Positions 11,401 through 21,619 of a DNA stretch of 64,000 nt are shown here, in pieces; the first letter of the stretch is position 1, and each line of letters starts with the position of its first letter. Where the stretch lies: NCBI GenBank assembly GCA_000165345.1, contig CM000436.1, positions 128,001 to 192,000 of the forward strand, in the 5' to 3' direction. The notes beneath the pieces are model-generated. The model saw nothing but the letters and a program-made list of their open reading frames with translations, had not been told where the DNA came from and searched no databases. A program made the translations under genes and the position numbers.

Positions 11401-12515
11401 ATCAAGGAGGACCAGTAGTAGATAGAGGAATGATAATTACTACTCCAGGATCCGAAACAATACAAAATATTGGAATAAATGGAGGAGGTATAAGTATGAA
11501 TGGAACAGGATCATATTCTGTGTTATGCGGCAATAATGGTAATAATAGTAATAATAATAATATGAATATGAACAATGTGAATAACAATAATATAAGCTTT
11601 TCAGGGGAAAGTATTTATGATATGGAACCCGATCAGATTAAAGATGAGTTGAAACAAAATGAGATTAATGAAAGGTTTATACCACAAAAACTACTTTCAA
11701 ATCAAAGGTGGGTAGTAATTACAATAAAATATTTACTAGGAACAGAATTTACAAGTAGGATTAATAAACAACAAATTGAGAGATTATTTACAAGCTCAGT
11801 TTGGGGTGTAGAGTTGACAACAACCATTTTATTGGCAATTTTAGAATCATATTGTGATTCTGAATCCTTTTCAATACTTTCCGATATTTTGATTTTAATT
11901 AGACAATTACTTAACAAGAAACGTTTCAGAAATCTTTTAGAAGCTTCGTTCTGCAGACTTCCAATAAGAATGTTGATTCATTCAGCAAATATTTCAACTC
12001 ATTATCCGATGTTACACTTCCCATTAACAAATGGTATAAAAATGAATGATTATTTCTTAAGAAGGGATTTTGAGAAGAATTTAACAAAAAATCATGGAAG
12101 TAATTATCACCAGAAATCAAAGAGTTCTTTGGTTGCTTGTACAGTTCGACAGTTCGTCTATAGACTATTAGAGGAGAATTTCTTTTTAAATTCGAACATG
12201 ATGGATATGGGTTTTCCTCATAATGGGAATAATGGAAATGGTAATATGAATATTTTTGATTTCAATAGTGGTAATTTTGGTAAGAATTTTGTGAATAATG
12301 AAGAGTTTTCCCACATGCACGAGGATATGTCATTTGGCGGGAATGTGAATTATAAACTTCCATATATATTAAAGTCTTCATTTACATCAGATGTGATAAA
12401 GGATTTTATTCAACAGATTGTGAGCGTTTCAGTGTCTCAAACGAACAAGACAAAGTTCAGGCAGATTTTGAAAGAATTTTGCGTAAAATCAGTGTGCAAG
12501 AGAATGGATGAATAA
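5457..12515 (+). CDS. very large hypothetical protein of about 2352 aa with Asn-rich low-complexity insertions
   Basis: Track ORF 5433..12515 begins at a TTG. The first ATG in frame is at 5457, and an upstream in-frame stop lies at 5418–5420. The 7-kb uninterrupted ORF shows the codon bias of the other genes. An internal Asn/Ser-rich tract is encoded at about 9795–10060 and a His/Gln-rich tract near 7400. I did not recognise a family. Confidence 0.55.
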   Translation: MHSNKRKHRKNKEFTNSWPLTLDHSLMESLTKNVSARETEFLEEVKLYKSRLINSNNSSTTLNSMILHYSDKFPADSFISRLYANPHSILFLFNIIPPLLSCSSTGTPFLSKERSEILTFVIQLLFKSLIKHCQIILSIDKRLDNSIVNLSMSLTHHIQTVFSGNQDLAIMMSSCTSLLIILSNSSANYIRNIVSNFEVVSGNLSYEYDCIRKMASRESIVSNNKLFQRLPFQNNLKIGNFISYLRYLEGIANLYLLNVERPNFLTPNKKATIEKVILSMSPVVLEQMEKLITIYFSQYKPENIFGDYSLFYDGEGARLKFIDFIAPIIIQTSLKWVSASQEISLRRFSKLHTSSYFDISKFPNILEMVLLPIRRDQISDEVSDIILNFLESYSAHLSLSNKHSVPISVLSKNILISSLLLSSSMNKDSTIFTLREELSLLNTNLNWLKVLIKYFKIFSHSLVPLLIIFDLMDLPLNSDLEKLEFEDPSIQDLYQEWIDTCSTTFLKIVFETISKASRISKVNRATFSAPIMITCGDYHQSKDLKSSVNDQSFIKSNFDIADMRVGLEMDLDLDLDHEIPRIIDDFGQTLGIDYRNDPDLGSGLLFLPETLNVNDNTKLPFNKLSQSNVHNSTSMIPNPIQFTDFKHQHIHHYQHQHQQHLMDVPDFNIQLGSESSHIFQKYRREVHYLMCCLSLITLRGSSEFILLSISGWGSLCNSLRISSSCSSYLEDLLMITNQTKFKPLEECFQKIKNQRENVSDKFADIDEIGLVGIQRYFVWSIVQLGEFPDELYNFEDHSDSYFPKFSQKKSNHLKIRESIRDAVRNAIFFPESPNIANPGFDDNDNNNINKINYHLSTNSRGIIKYILPFYSFQMFLKDTYLHLNGFNLVSYIGSGQIKIKRSIPNTNNIQIKSFIVRLESILHAFSAIIKKGLTSFPLRPNTTKITEKMGNDDLNRMYNNEDEIRSLLEMVNASLKIDDEDVINSELNNRELVLGNENDYFEQTRILFDAVMLKIFKVTGEFEGLMDIYLRNCHQRLADQRIMIDDGVRVYERLFRQLLCTLITLLGVSSVWFNDKSILVTLKGLKYIFRSLQLIQEDHFFPLALEQDHVGALALLKLSQNKTCFENEILDYMVVKCMDSFSRLFSDSKKQVEIPSMTFESYLILLTSLGICISHIISDVDKDHLSFYSCTNSPKSISATTSSSVSASNVGNNKEHLYLFKKLQKWKKYTGMVLEKYLYLLDRLIEIYNVKIMDQDSFKNMDGNHGNCSHNKNKIPVTDDEICQIYNLLLVTYMLFCGLEAFFSSIFPCKYRPYSYVILTIGAEKFSHLNILEYSKKLFESESNLKSSIAAKILKDASNYILGFFSKEFYSRIRIILRLSCAISPNWLQVLYHPYTCIISCILQLPFLSTNNINGEGGGSDLLLGLYRYIGYDEFQFLSMDAPFGNLRGCVGVMGGHIITNSNGNSNNSNLNMSISSSSGGSTSINIINNNNNISNNGNSNNNSNNNHINNNNNNINNNTINNNNNSGIGIGGMIAGITANNGVMIPNIQRGRDLGSKCNCCFNGENEGFGSNGIIKKGLHPIITLIYKLLLFNRGLNVDAISITKLLQSNFRGLGNFSVGGSVITGGTGAGVGVGTGIEVGLSGWSPLSSSSTLGFVSNGGNNQKYLKDVFNMLKGDLMFYRGDGGNCHNGDNHNNDNNNNNAFSKVCICNYVPNIFLPLSVMMLRVPYFTLKGKQKFLDPILSFINSFKTFNVHPIIQFLSYYSVSVSTLTSINRDDYKLQDSTGYFRYFKKDSGLQDVNKLNTFCMYVNQMSNLDGNLRMNNSRIDDHCSCLEYHDGVCLTLLLLLQNLTNLSVTNDNCYPGQGGGNTGMGILGGCNGAYNVNTSFIKIVGTPIRANLEVFIEYVISRCIVTLLICIGAQNCNIKRRVEKERIMNYYNNNPIEMNLNDYNSYNDGSNGALSSIKSIFNENNNSSRRIFNQGGPVVDRGMIITTPGSETIQNIGINGGGISMNGTGSYSVLCGNNGNNSNNNNMNMNNVNNNNISFSGESIYDMEPDQIKDELKQNEINERFIPQKLLSNQRWVVITIKYLLGTEFTSRINKQQIERLFTSSVWGVELTTTILLAILESYCDSESFSILSDILILIRQLLNKKRFRNLLEASFCRLPIRMLIHSANISTHYPMLHFPLTNGIKMNDYFLRRDFEKNLTKNHGSNYHQKSKSSLVACTVRQFVYRLLEENFFLNSNMMDMGFPHNGNNGNGNMNIFDFNSGNFGKNFVNNEEFSHMHEDMSFGGNVNYKLPYILKSSFTSDVIKDFIQQIVSVSVSQTNKTKFRQILKEFCVKSVCKRMDE
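9795..10060. repeat. AAT/AAC-rich trinucleotide tract encoding an Asn/Ser-rich low-complexity insertion in the 2352-aa protein
   Basis: The tract encodes NSNGNSNNSNLNMSISSSSGG..NNNNNISNNGNSNNNSNNNHINNNNNNINNNTINNNNNS. Antisense track ORFs 9795..10199 and 9977..10174 are artefacts of this tract. Confidence 0.8.
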
Positions 12516-14319
12516 ATGTGAGCGTAACCTAAGATAGGTTTGTATGCATGTGGTAATTTTGTATAAGGGCGTACATTAGTGAATGATATTATATATATTT
12601 GTATATATATGTATATGTGCTTATATGTTATAAATATTTATATATAACAATTACAATGTTGTAACCATATTACAAAATGAATACAGATACGCCTGTATGC
12701 AATACTTTATTTTGGGTTTGCCTTTTTTTCCTATTTCAATGTTTTTTTTGCAAGGCAATCTCTTCTTCTTGATTCAATATTGTTTTCTTTTTTTTTGTAA
12801 CATTTTGAATAGTGGGATGCTTTGGAAAGAAAGATAACTTGAAAAAGGGGGAAAGTGTGAACGGTTTTAATATAAAAAATAATATTGAATACAAATCACG
12901 GAGAGATGGTGGGAATATTACAAAGCTAATATGTGTCATTAATTAATTTGATAAAAATTGAAATGGTCTTGTGGGTTTGAGTTTTTGATTACTAATTATT
13001 TAAATGAGGGTTTTTAAAAAAAAAAAAATAATAAAAGAAATGGATTTATTGATAATTTGAGATTAGGTAAAGAAATAATTTTAAAAAATGATTTAAAGAA
13101 ATGATGATTTTGTTTTCTTTAATATTATTACTCTCAATAATAACTAAGTTCGGGCCTTGACACAAATACAGAAAAAATAAGGCGGCAACTCTGGTGCTCA
13201 TAATGCTTCCAGAACTTTAATATAGCCAAGAAGGTCTAACAATTCCAAGCAAGAAAGTCAATGTTTGGTTGGATTATGGGTAATTGGGGTATTTAAAAAA
13301 AGATGTATTTGAAATATGATTTTGGGGGATCCTGGGGACTTTTTTTTTTTTTTTAGATGATACATATTAATGGACAAGGTATTTCTTCACAAGTAAGAGT
13401 TAAAGCTCTTGTGAAAGAAAAAATTTAGGCTAACAATCGAAGGAGAGGGAATTGTTGATCATTACATTCAATATTTATTTTTTAGCTTGCTTAGTATTTA
13501 AATTTGTTGAAAAAAAGAAAAAAAGAAAAAAAAATCATTTGTCATTGGGGTTTATATTGGATTGCTATTAATAAATATTGGAATGCTGGTTTTTCTAACA
13601 TTTCGATATGTATTACCGATGTTCAATGATTATTTGTATTTATTTAAATAATGAATGAATGTTTATGAATACACTCGAATATATCATTTTCAATTTAAGA
13701 TAAGAGGCAATTATGATCATTTTTTCCTCTCGTTTCTTGAGGAAATGATGATTAATATATTGTGGGGGAGGAAAGTAGAGTTGTTCTTCTCGAGTAAAGT
13801 TTTAGATTGTGAATTAGGTGGGCAGATGGCGTGAGAGTTTTGAGATATGGATGAGTTTGAGTGGGTTTTGGATGCAGGATGGTGGCGAGTGCGTTAAAGG
13901 AGGATTAGAGGAGGGGGAGAATAGAGAAATTAGAGTGAAAGGAATTTAAGGAGTTAAACTTAGAGATTAGCAATATGAATATTTGTTAGGATTTATTGCG
14001 GATGTTTTTTGAGAAAATTTAGTTTGGTATGAATGAGTGAAATAGAAACTTGTGCAATCTCACCTGATTTTGTGAAATATCATTTTTCATTGGAATTGAA
14101 AGGTAATCTTGTGATTCGGTTATAACTCTGAAATTTTAGTCAATTTTCTAGAGTTAGTAAGATGTTGTCATAGGAATATGTTGTTTCAAATTGTACATAT
14201 TCTGAATTAAATTTGTTAATTTGTTTGTGTCATGTTGAAACATGCAGTGGCGCCATTAACTAATTTTGTTAATTGTATTAGTAGTATTTAAATTTAAAAA
14301 AAAAAAAAATCAAGAAAAA

Positions 14320-15073
14320 ATGAAGATAACAAAAAAGAGTATATTACTTTATATACCAAATTTGATAGGTAAGTTTTCTTGTAAATCATTTATAAATATG
14401 AGAAAATATTAATAGCCTTGACTTAAATTATAAACTTTATAACAAAGGGTACTTAAGAATATTATTGGGATTGACACCACTAATTATTAGTACCGAGTAT
14501 TACTATATCTCAATACTTTTCTATGGAATAAGTCAGATTTTAGATGCATTTGATGGATATTTTGCGAGATTATTATCTCAAGAAACAAAATTTGGAGCTA
14601 TATTAGATATGATTACTGATAGATGCAGCACAGTAATAATAATAATATTAGCAATCACATTAAATAAGAGCTACACATTTTTGATGATAATATTTTTGAT
14701 AGGAGATATTTCTGGTCATTGGCTATACATGATTTCAAGTATTTCATCAGGAGGAAGTTCACATAAAAGTATTAAAGAAGAAATGTGGCCGATTTTAAAA
14801 TTATATTATTCAAAAAAACCATTATTATTTACATTACATGCATGTAATGAAGCTTTATGGTTAATTTTATATGGCCAGGGATGTATTTACGATAAAGCTA
14901 CAAACCTAAAACAATTAAATCAAATTGATAAAAAATTCATTCTAGTAACATCATACTCTCTCTACATGATTCTGCCACTTGCCTTGATCAAAAATATAAT
15001 AAATTTTGTTCATTTATTTTATGGTTGTAATATTATTTTGGAAACTGATGTTAAAGAAAGAATGAAAAATTAA
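14320..15073 (+). CDS. PIS1: CDP-diacylglycerol–inositol 3-phosphatidyltransferase (phosphatidylinositol synthase, CDP-alcohol phosphatidyltransferase family); exons 14320..14368 and 14448..15073
   Basis: Exon 1 reads ATG AAG ATA ... CCA AAT TTG ATA G, followed by the donor GTAAGT at 14369. The acceptor is AG at 14446–14447, and the splice restores the frame (G|GG). The spliced protein is MKITKKSILLYIPNLIGYLRILLGLTPLIIS.... It contains the CDP-alcohol phosphatidyltransferase signature DAFDGYFARLLSQETKFGAILDMITDRCST (D-G-x2-A-R-x8-G-x3-D-x3-D). The N-terminal IPNLIGYLRI is typical of PI synthases. The stop is TAA at 15071–15073. Confidence 0.7.
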
Positions 15074-15245
15074 TGCACACAAAAGGCGGGTTGTAGTAAA
15101 ATATCAATTTATTTTTAAATTTTCTAGTATCGCTAATATTTGTTTTTTAGTTACTAATCTTAAAATGCCTACCTTTGCTCTAATATTCTCCCGACTCTTC
15201 TTTTGTATGAATTGAATACATGCATACAACGCATAATATCTACTT

Positions 15246-18200
15246 TTACTTATCACTAGCGCTTGCCCCGCTATTATCAGCCTCTGGATTTCGCTCCAGA
15301 ATTACAATATCCTCAATAGCACTACAAGCTGGAACAAATTCATCAGTTGCTAACTCTGCTCTCTCATTAAACCCAAGAAGAACTGGAGTGTTGTGTGTCT
15401 GGAATCCCGTAATCTTTCTTGGATTCCCTGCTTGCCCTACAGTGTCTACCATCTGCCCCACACGTACCAGAGTTTGTATTGGCGCCAATGACGTGTCGAC
15501 TGTGACAACATGTCTGGGAGTAATAGCAGGAACAATTGAGAGTAAAAGATAATGATAATTGCCAAAAAGAATAGTTCTAGACCTTAGAGCAAGATGGAGA
15601 GTTGTGATAATGGAAACCAGACTTATTGGATTTAAAAGAAGTTTGTTTGCGTGGCAAGGATTCACTGTTACGAGACCTTTACCCATATATAGAAAACCTT
15701 GAGCAATTCTGACTGCATAAAGAGCATGCTTATCTTTTCCATAATACGAGGCCAACTGTCTCAGTAAGTTGGCAGTTCTAGAGTTATTTGTCCCTGCTGA
15801 AATTAATCCAAGAGCAAAAATTGCATTAAGAGCAACATCTGGATCGGAATCGTGGGTTAGTTTGGAAATTGTGTCTATCAACACTGGTTTAGGATTTCCA
15901 ATTGAAAGGGCAGCCAAACTTATTGGAACAGCTCTTCTAATAAAAACTGATGAGTATTGAAGGACATTGTCAAGTGCTCTAAGTGCCATTTCAGTTCCAA
16001 TTTCTTCTCCAAGACTTATTAATGCCATGTTTAATACGCATACTAATACTGAAATATCTGATTCATCATCATCCATTTGATCTTCATCCTCAGGTAGCTT
16101 CTTTCCTCCTTTAGCAAGGGTCTCCTCAACAAGAACTCTCTGCATTTCTTGGATCTTAAGTACATCTCCTGATCCTGTGTATGCACACCCAACCACAGTT
16201 TGTCTGCAGTGAGCTCCTATTGGATGAGTTATCGCAGAAAGAGCTTCCAAAGTTGTCTCACAAGCCTCTCGTTTTCCCAAAAAGAGTAATCCTAGACATA
16301 ATCCATAAAGGATACTTAAAGGATCATCTAAGAAGGAATTACTTTCAAGTTGTGAATCTCCTGTAGATTTCTTTTTATCTTCGCCACTATTAGATAAATC
16401 TCCATCTTCCATACTTGCACTAGTGAGTCCAATTGTCAGAAGAAGGTCCAAAACAGCTTCAATAATACTCTGATTTCCGGATCCTGAGAATATTAGTCCT
16501 AATGATAAAGCAGAAATAGCTGAACATTCTAAGCTTGAGAAAGGATCNATNNNGATTGGAATTAGTAATTCCAAGNTATCTTCTCGGCAGGTACCAATAT
16601 ATGAATAACCAAGGCCTAAAATAGCACCCATTCTAATGGTATAGTTTGGAACAGCCGTTTTGATTATTGAAATCTTATTATCATTTGAGTTATTTGCTGA
16701 TTCACCAACTATTTCCATCTTTACATCATCCCCTCCATCTTTACTACCGCTAGTAGCTACCTCTTGGATTGGTTCGTCTCCAGAATTGATATATTCAGAT
16801 AAAAGAGCAAAAGAAGGATCACAGTCGTTCTTGATTCTGATAGAAATTAATCCAAAAGCTATTAGAGCACCAGCTTTAATAAATGGATCATCACTCCACT
16901 GAAACTTATCAATGTTAGCCAAACCTTCATCAATATTCCAAAGATTAATCACTCCCAAGGAGGCACTTACTGCCATCTTTCCGGAATCCTTATTCTTATA
17001 GAGCCAGGATGAATCATCCTCTCCAATTAGTTTATCCTTACAAAATCCAACATTTACTAAGGCATTCACATATGTGGATGCTAAATTCTGTTTTGCTGTA
17101 TCCAAAACCATCATTGATCTACTAGAATACCTACCATTATTTTCCAGGTGGGTCTTGTAAATTTCCTCTGGAGTTTTTGGCTCAAGAACCTCCAATTCTT
17201 TTGCTAAGAATAAATAAAATTTGCTAAGATATTCATTTGAAAAGATACCTTCAATTATGGATAGCTCAGATTCTCCATAGATCTTACAGAAATCCCTGCT
17301 AACTAAATGAGCTTTAAGCTCCTCTAAGTCTATATTACTTGAGAATTTAGCAAGTTGGAAGAAGATTTGCTTCAAAATACTCAATCCTGAGACTCTGAAA
17401 GTGTTTGATGAGCTTGAGATATTAGAATCATTGGCCTCATCCTTAACTTTGTCCTTCTTTGATTCATATGACATTATATCATCTATTACAGAAAATACTT
17501 TCTCTTTACAATTTTGACCATCCAATTTAAGTGCTATAGAAACAGCCCAAGAGTGCTTTTCAAAGCTTAAAAGTAGCTCAAAGCAAAGTTTCAGATATAA
17601 ATCATGTTCTTCTGCTGATATAGCATATTGAGAAAGTTGTTGTAGGTATAATACGATCCTTTCCATTTGTTCAATATCAATTTTAGCTAAATATTCCAAT
17701 AATGTCTCCATTTGCTCGACTTCACAGAGCAGATCAATAGCTTCCAGTTCACAGTGCTTCTCAATCTGATAAGGTACCATAATCTTAACCAGTTCAAGGA
17801 GATCAGAAACATCTGCTTCTTGATCTGAGACTCCTGATAAGTCTTGGTTTGTTTGTCTTTCTGAATATTCTAATGTAATTTCACCTACAATATTTCTGAC
17901 ATACTCTTGACCCCAGTCTAATATTCCTTTCTTGTTTCCAGAAAGTAATCTATACTTTAAAGCTCTTTTCTCTTTCATATCCCCCAAAGTAGTTGATAAA
18001 ACAGAAATAATCTCACAAGAAAGTTCAGAAAGTTGACCTTTATTGGAAACCTGGGAATCACAAAATTCTTTCAGAGTTTCATAATGTATACCTAAGAACT
18101 TTAAAGCCTTTGGAACAGATGTCATTCCACTAGTAGATGTCTTTATTAAGCTCGAAAGGGATTCCAAGCTGGACTTAGAAACCTCAAACTCGGACTTTCC

Positions 18201-18362
18201 TGATACAACTTTCTCAACCAATTCATCTATTTCCTCTTTCAAAACTTTATCTTCCTCTGTTAAATCCATCATATCTACATTTGGAATTGATTCTACCTCT
18301 TTTAATCCCTCCTTCTTACCAGAATCCTCATTTTTGGACAAATTTTCTTTGTTTGACGTCAT
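15246..18362 (-). CDS. RPN2: 26S proteasome regulatory subunit RPN2 (PSMD1), 1038 aa
   Basis: The ORF runs from ATG at 18360–18362 to TAA at 15246–15248 without introns. It carries PC-repeat-like segments (GAILGLGYSY.., GLCLGLLFLGK.., ALGLISAGTNN..) and the conserved architecture of Rpn2. The X residues in the track come from the n base calls at 16549–16566. Confidence 0.75.
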   Translation of the reverse strand: MTSNKENLSKNEDSGKKEGLKEVESIPNVDMMDLTEEDKVLKEEIDELVEKVVSGKSEFEVSKSSLESLSSLIKTSTSGMTSVPKALKFLGIHYETLKEFCDSQVSNKGQLSELSCEIISVLSTTLGDMKEKRALKYRLLSGNKKGILDWGQEYVRNIVGEITLEYSERQTNQDLSGVSDQEADVSDLLELVKIMVPYQIEKHCELEAIDLLCEVEQMETLLEYLAKIDIEQMERIVLYLQQLSQYAISAEEHDLYLKLCFELLLSFEKHSWAVSIALKLDGQNCKEKVFSVIDDIMSYESKKDKVKDEANDSNISSSSNTFRVSGLSILKQIFFQLAKFSSNIDLEELKAHLVSRDFCKIYGESELSIIEGIFSNEYLSKFYLFLAKELEVLEPKTPEEIYKTHLENNGRYSSRSMMVLDTAKQNLASTYVNALVNVGFCKDKLIGEDDSSWLYKNKDSGKMAVSASLGVINLWNIDEGLANIDKFQWSDDPFIKAGALIAFGLISIRIKNDCDPSFALLSEYINSGDEPIQEVATSGSKDGGDDVKMEIVGESANNSNDNKISIIKTAVPNYTIRMGAILGLGYSYIGTCREDXLELLIPIXXDPFSSLECSAISALSLGLIFSGSGNQSIIEAVLDLLLTIGLTSASMEDGDLSNSGEDKKKSTGDSQLESNSFLDDPLSILYGLCLGLLFLGKREACETTLEALSAITHPIGAHCRQTVVGCAYTGSGDVLKIQEMQRVLVEETLAKGGKKLPEDEDQMDDDESDISVLVCVLNMALISLGEEIGTEMALRALDNVLQYSSVFIRRAVPISLAALSIGNPKPVLIDTISKLTHDSDPDVALNAIFALGLISAGTNNSRTANLLRQLASYYGKDKHALYAVRIAQGFLYMGKGLVTVNPCHANKLLLNPISLVSIITTLHLALRSRTILFGNYHYLLLSIVPAITPRHVVTVDTSLAPIQTLVRVGQMVDTVGQAGNPRKITGFQTHNTPVLLGFNERAELATDEFVPACSAIEDIVILERNPEADNSGASASDK

Positions 18363-18756
18363 ATTACTTTGAATTCTCTCTTCCTAACTCTTCTAATTAT
18401 CTTATATTCCAATTCCCTCTCTCAAACCATTTCCTTATTACTTTGTTTTTTATTATTTTATTTTTATGTGAAAAAACGCTTTGCCTCTCAAAGCCTAAGC
18501 CAAGCTATTCACCCGCCCCACAGTTTTTTAATTTATTTTCTTATTTTTACCCTGCAATCTACTTACTCAAAAATTTATGTATTATTAAAATTTTCAGTGT
18601 GTGCGTGCTTATCAACCTCAAACCCTAATATTATTGCTTCCAAATGAATATCTAAACCGATAATATCCTGGTTTTTTTTAATAATATTAGAACTCTTATT
18701 ATCCTTTCCTTTTTTACCTGTATTTATTTTTTACCCTGGCATTATTACAAAAACAT

Positions 18757-18779
18757 TTGGCGCCGGAATGTGGCGCTGA
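18757..18779. promoter_or_regulatory. E2F-like GC-box pair tttggcgccggaatgtggcgctg in the divergent intergenic region between RPN2 (minus) and the UEV/MMS2 gene (plus)
   Basis: TTTGGCGCC matches the E2F consensus TTTSSCGC. The region is otherwise more than 75% A+T. Similar elements occur at:
- 14247–14254 (gtggcgcc, 65 bp upstream of the PI synthase ATG);
- 20956–20976 (gtgcatgtgcccgccaaattg, 215 bp upstream of hydrolase 1);
- 21452–21475 (gtggcgccaaaatttgggcgctgg, 145 bp upstream of hydrolase 2);
- 28226–28235 and 28273–28285;
- 35211–35220 (cccgccaaaa) and 35271–35286 (ggggcgggcggtgctg), upstream of RPL23A. Confidence 0.3.
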
Positions 18780-19080
18780 TTTTTAAGCGGGCTTGGAGCA
18801 TTTAAAATTATTTAGTTGATAATAATCGAGGAGGAAAATATTGGTAAAAGATAAATTATTATAGTAGGAGTTAAAGAAGGAGAAAGTTATTGTTAAGAAT
18901 TCAAGAAAAAAAAAAGATAAGGCACTGAAGTTTATAATTAGATTTTCTGTGTGTGTGATATAATTAACAAAATTTTTTGTTTTCTTGCAATCTTTCAATA
19001 AGGCAAGAGATACATTGGAAATAGGTTATTATAGTATAGGAATAAATAAATTGATTTATTACATTTTTTGTTGTTACACA

Positions 19081-19560
19081 ATGGATGAAGTTATTGTTCC
19101 AAGAAGTTTTAGATTACTTGATGAATTAGAGAGAGGTCAGAAAGGGCAAGCTACTGATGGAGTATCATGGGGTCTGGACCAACATGATGATATTACATTA
19201 AGTACCTGGGCGTGTACTATTTTTGGTCCTCCAAATGTAAGTTTATATAAACTGTTATTTATTTACTTAATTTCTTGACTATCATTTAATTAGACTACTT
19301 TTGAAAACAGAATATACTCACTAACTGTTTCTTGTGGTCCAAATTATCCTGATGAAGCTCCTATTGTCAAATTCAATACAAAGATTTCTCTTGGATGTGT
19401 GGATGGGCATGGATTTGTCAGCCCAAGTTTTGCTGTACTAAAGCAGTGGCAAAGGAATTTTTATATTGAGAATGTTTTAATAGCGTTAAGACATGAAATG
19501 GCCTCCAATTCTAATCGAAGATTAGCTCAACCTCCTGAAGGTACTTTTTATGATGATTGA
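19081..19560 (+). CDS. MMS2: ubiquitin-conjugating enzyme E2 variant (UEV/MMS2 family), 140 aa; exons 19081..19236 and 19294..19560
   Basis: Exon 1 encodes [52 protein letters not shown] and ends at the donor GTAAGT (19237–19242). The acceptor is AG at 19292–19293. Exon 2 encodes [31 protein letters not shown]...[12 protein letters not shown] and ends at TGA 19558–19560. The colinear match to the UEV1/MMS2 core is strong (RNFRLLEELEEGQKG...[20 protein letters not shown]). There is no catalytic Cys, as expected for a UEV. Confidence 0.7.
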
Positions 19561-19762
19561 TCTCATGCAGCCAAAGTTACTATATGAAGTGATGAAAGGG
19601 AAAATTAATATCATTTAGGGTATACTAAAAATTTGCTTTCCTAATATTTGTTATACTACGAGCTATAAATAAAAAAAAAAAAAAAAAAAGGTCTTGGAAT
19701 TAAGAATCCTATAATCTTATTATCTTTAATGAACTTTTTTTCTATCAATAACTTAATTCTTT

Positions 19763-20740
19763 CTATTTTTGTTGAATCTCATCTTGAATTATAATAGATT
19801 CTACGGCTAAACCTATTTTAGAATATTCAGATTCTGAGTTAGAATTGAAATATTTAACTATATCACCAACAATATTATGACCCTCCTCTAAGAGCTGATG
19901 TTTACAGTTTTGATAGATGATCGCCCTTGTTTTTGGCATCATCTTTTTTAGCTTTGGAATTAATAAATCAGCAGGAACCATATCATCATACAGACCCAAA
20001 AAAAAGCATACTCCAGTTATTCCTCTTAATGAAATATATTTATCCATAAATACTTTAAGAGCTTGTTCATTTTCCCAGAAATCAAAACCTGTTACCACTC
20101 TACCAAAAGTTGATCGTAATTGTCTACCATAATATCTGTGCCTTAAATACCTCAAATTTACAATTTCTTGATTAATTTTTTCAGGATCATAGTAATCTTC
20201 CAATATATTATCTCTACTCTTTAATAGATATAATGGAAGTGAATTTTCAAAAAATCTAAAAACTCCTGGAAAATTTTTTAAAACAAAACTTTGTATTCCT
20301 GAGAGTGGCCTGCAAAAACAAGCTGGACATAAAGAAGCTACCTTAAGTACTTTCTCTGGATGGGCCCCTGCATAACATAAAGTCATTAAACCTCCCATGG
20401 AAATCCCAACTAAATATAATAACAATTTTTCTAAACCCAAATTTATTAACACTGTATCTACTTGTTTAATAAAATCATCAGTTGTCAATTTTCCAAAATA
20501 GTTCCAAGAAGAAAGTCCATGTCCAGGCATATCTATTCTCAGTACTGCTAAGCCTGACTTTAAACATTCAGTCTCTAACTGCTTGAAAGAAGAAATTGAG
20601 CTTAGTAAACCATGAAAGCATATTACCAAAGGACCTTTATATGCTGCCTTCTCAATATTTGGGAACGATAATGCATAGTTTATTCTTCCATTTGGGCCTT
20701 CTGTGAATTTCCCCTCTTCAAATTTATATTTAGATTCCAT
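19763..20740 (-). CDS. alpha/beta-hydrolase fold protein (lysophospholipase/monoglyceride-lipase-like), 325 aa
   Basis: The HG oxyanion motif lies in PLVICFHGLLSS. The nucleophile elbow G-x-S-x-G is GISMGG. A C-terminal NCKHQ is likely the catalytic His. The ORF is ATG-initiated and intronless. Confidence 0.6.
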   Translation of the reverse strand: MESKYKFEEGKFTEGPNGRINYALSFPNIEKAAYKGPLVICFHGLLSSISSFKQLETECLKSGLAVLRIDMPGHGLSSWNYFGKLTTDDFIKQVDTVLINLGLEKLLLYLVGISMGGLMTLCYAGAHPEKVLKVASLCPACFCRPLSGIQSFVLKNFPGVFRFFENSLPLYLLKSRDNILEDYYDPEKINQEIVNLRYLRHRYYGRQLRSTFGRVVTGFDFWENEQALKVFMDKYISLRGITGVCFFLGLYDDMVPADLLIPKLKKMMPKTRAIIYQNCKHQLLEEGHNIVGDIVKYFNSNSESEYSKIGLAVESIIIQDEIQQK

Positions 20741-21619
20741 TTCCTTTTTACAAACGTTCTAAATTAATAGTTTATTTAATATAATTCCAAATTCTATTTT
20801 ACAATTGTCTTAAATCTAAATTATATATTGCTAGAATGATTAATTAATCCAGAATATACTGCTATATAAATCTAATTCCACCTAACTATTGCCACGTAAT
20901 TCAACAAAAAAAAAATGGCTAAATGTGAATTTATTTTTATTATTACAAAGAATTGTGCATGTGCCCGCCAAATTGACTTATATTTGTCATTTAATTTTTA
21001 TTGGTACTAATAATATAAAAATGTGAAAACAAATTTTTTTTAAATAAAAAAAATTACTTGATTAGTGATCCATTATGAAAAAGAATATGTCTGAATTCTT
21101 TAAAACATATTGCTATCCTATTGTTACATATTTTTATAAAGTTGATTTGCTTTCGACAAACTGATAAGGAAGAAATAAAACAGAATATCCTTATACTACT
21201 TGTTTTTCTACTATTCTCCTTTTTCCTACCTTACAGCCTATTTCAGTTTAAGTAGATATACCGGAGTCTTCACACCAAAAATTGATTTTAAGAAAGTAAA
21301 TAATTACATAACAAGCAATTTAAAATAAAAAAAAAGACTAGACTAAAGTCAAACAATCTCTTCCATCTTATTATTTTATCTTTTTTTAAAGTATTTACCG
21401 TCTTATAATTAATTAAGACTCACCCCACTGTAAGAATCGGGAAAAAAAGAAGTGGCGCCAAAATTTGGGCGCTGGATCGAATTATAGAGGACAATAAAGG
21501 CAAATAAGAAATATCAAAGGTAAAGTCAAATATAATAAAAAAATTAATACATTTTTAAAAGTTAAATTAATAGAAAAAAAAAGGGGCAAAATAATTTAAT
21601 AACTTTTAGTAATAGCAAT

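Noticed and set aside
18281-18998. Small track ORFs in the RPN2–UEV intergenic region (18281..18628, 18369..18647, 18783..18998)
   Set aside because: They are low-complexity and AT-rich, with no codon-bias resemblance to neighbouring genes. The region carries promoter motifs for the two divergent genes.
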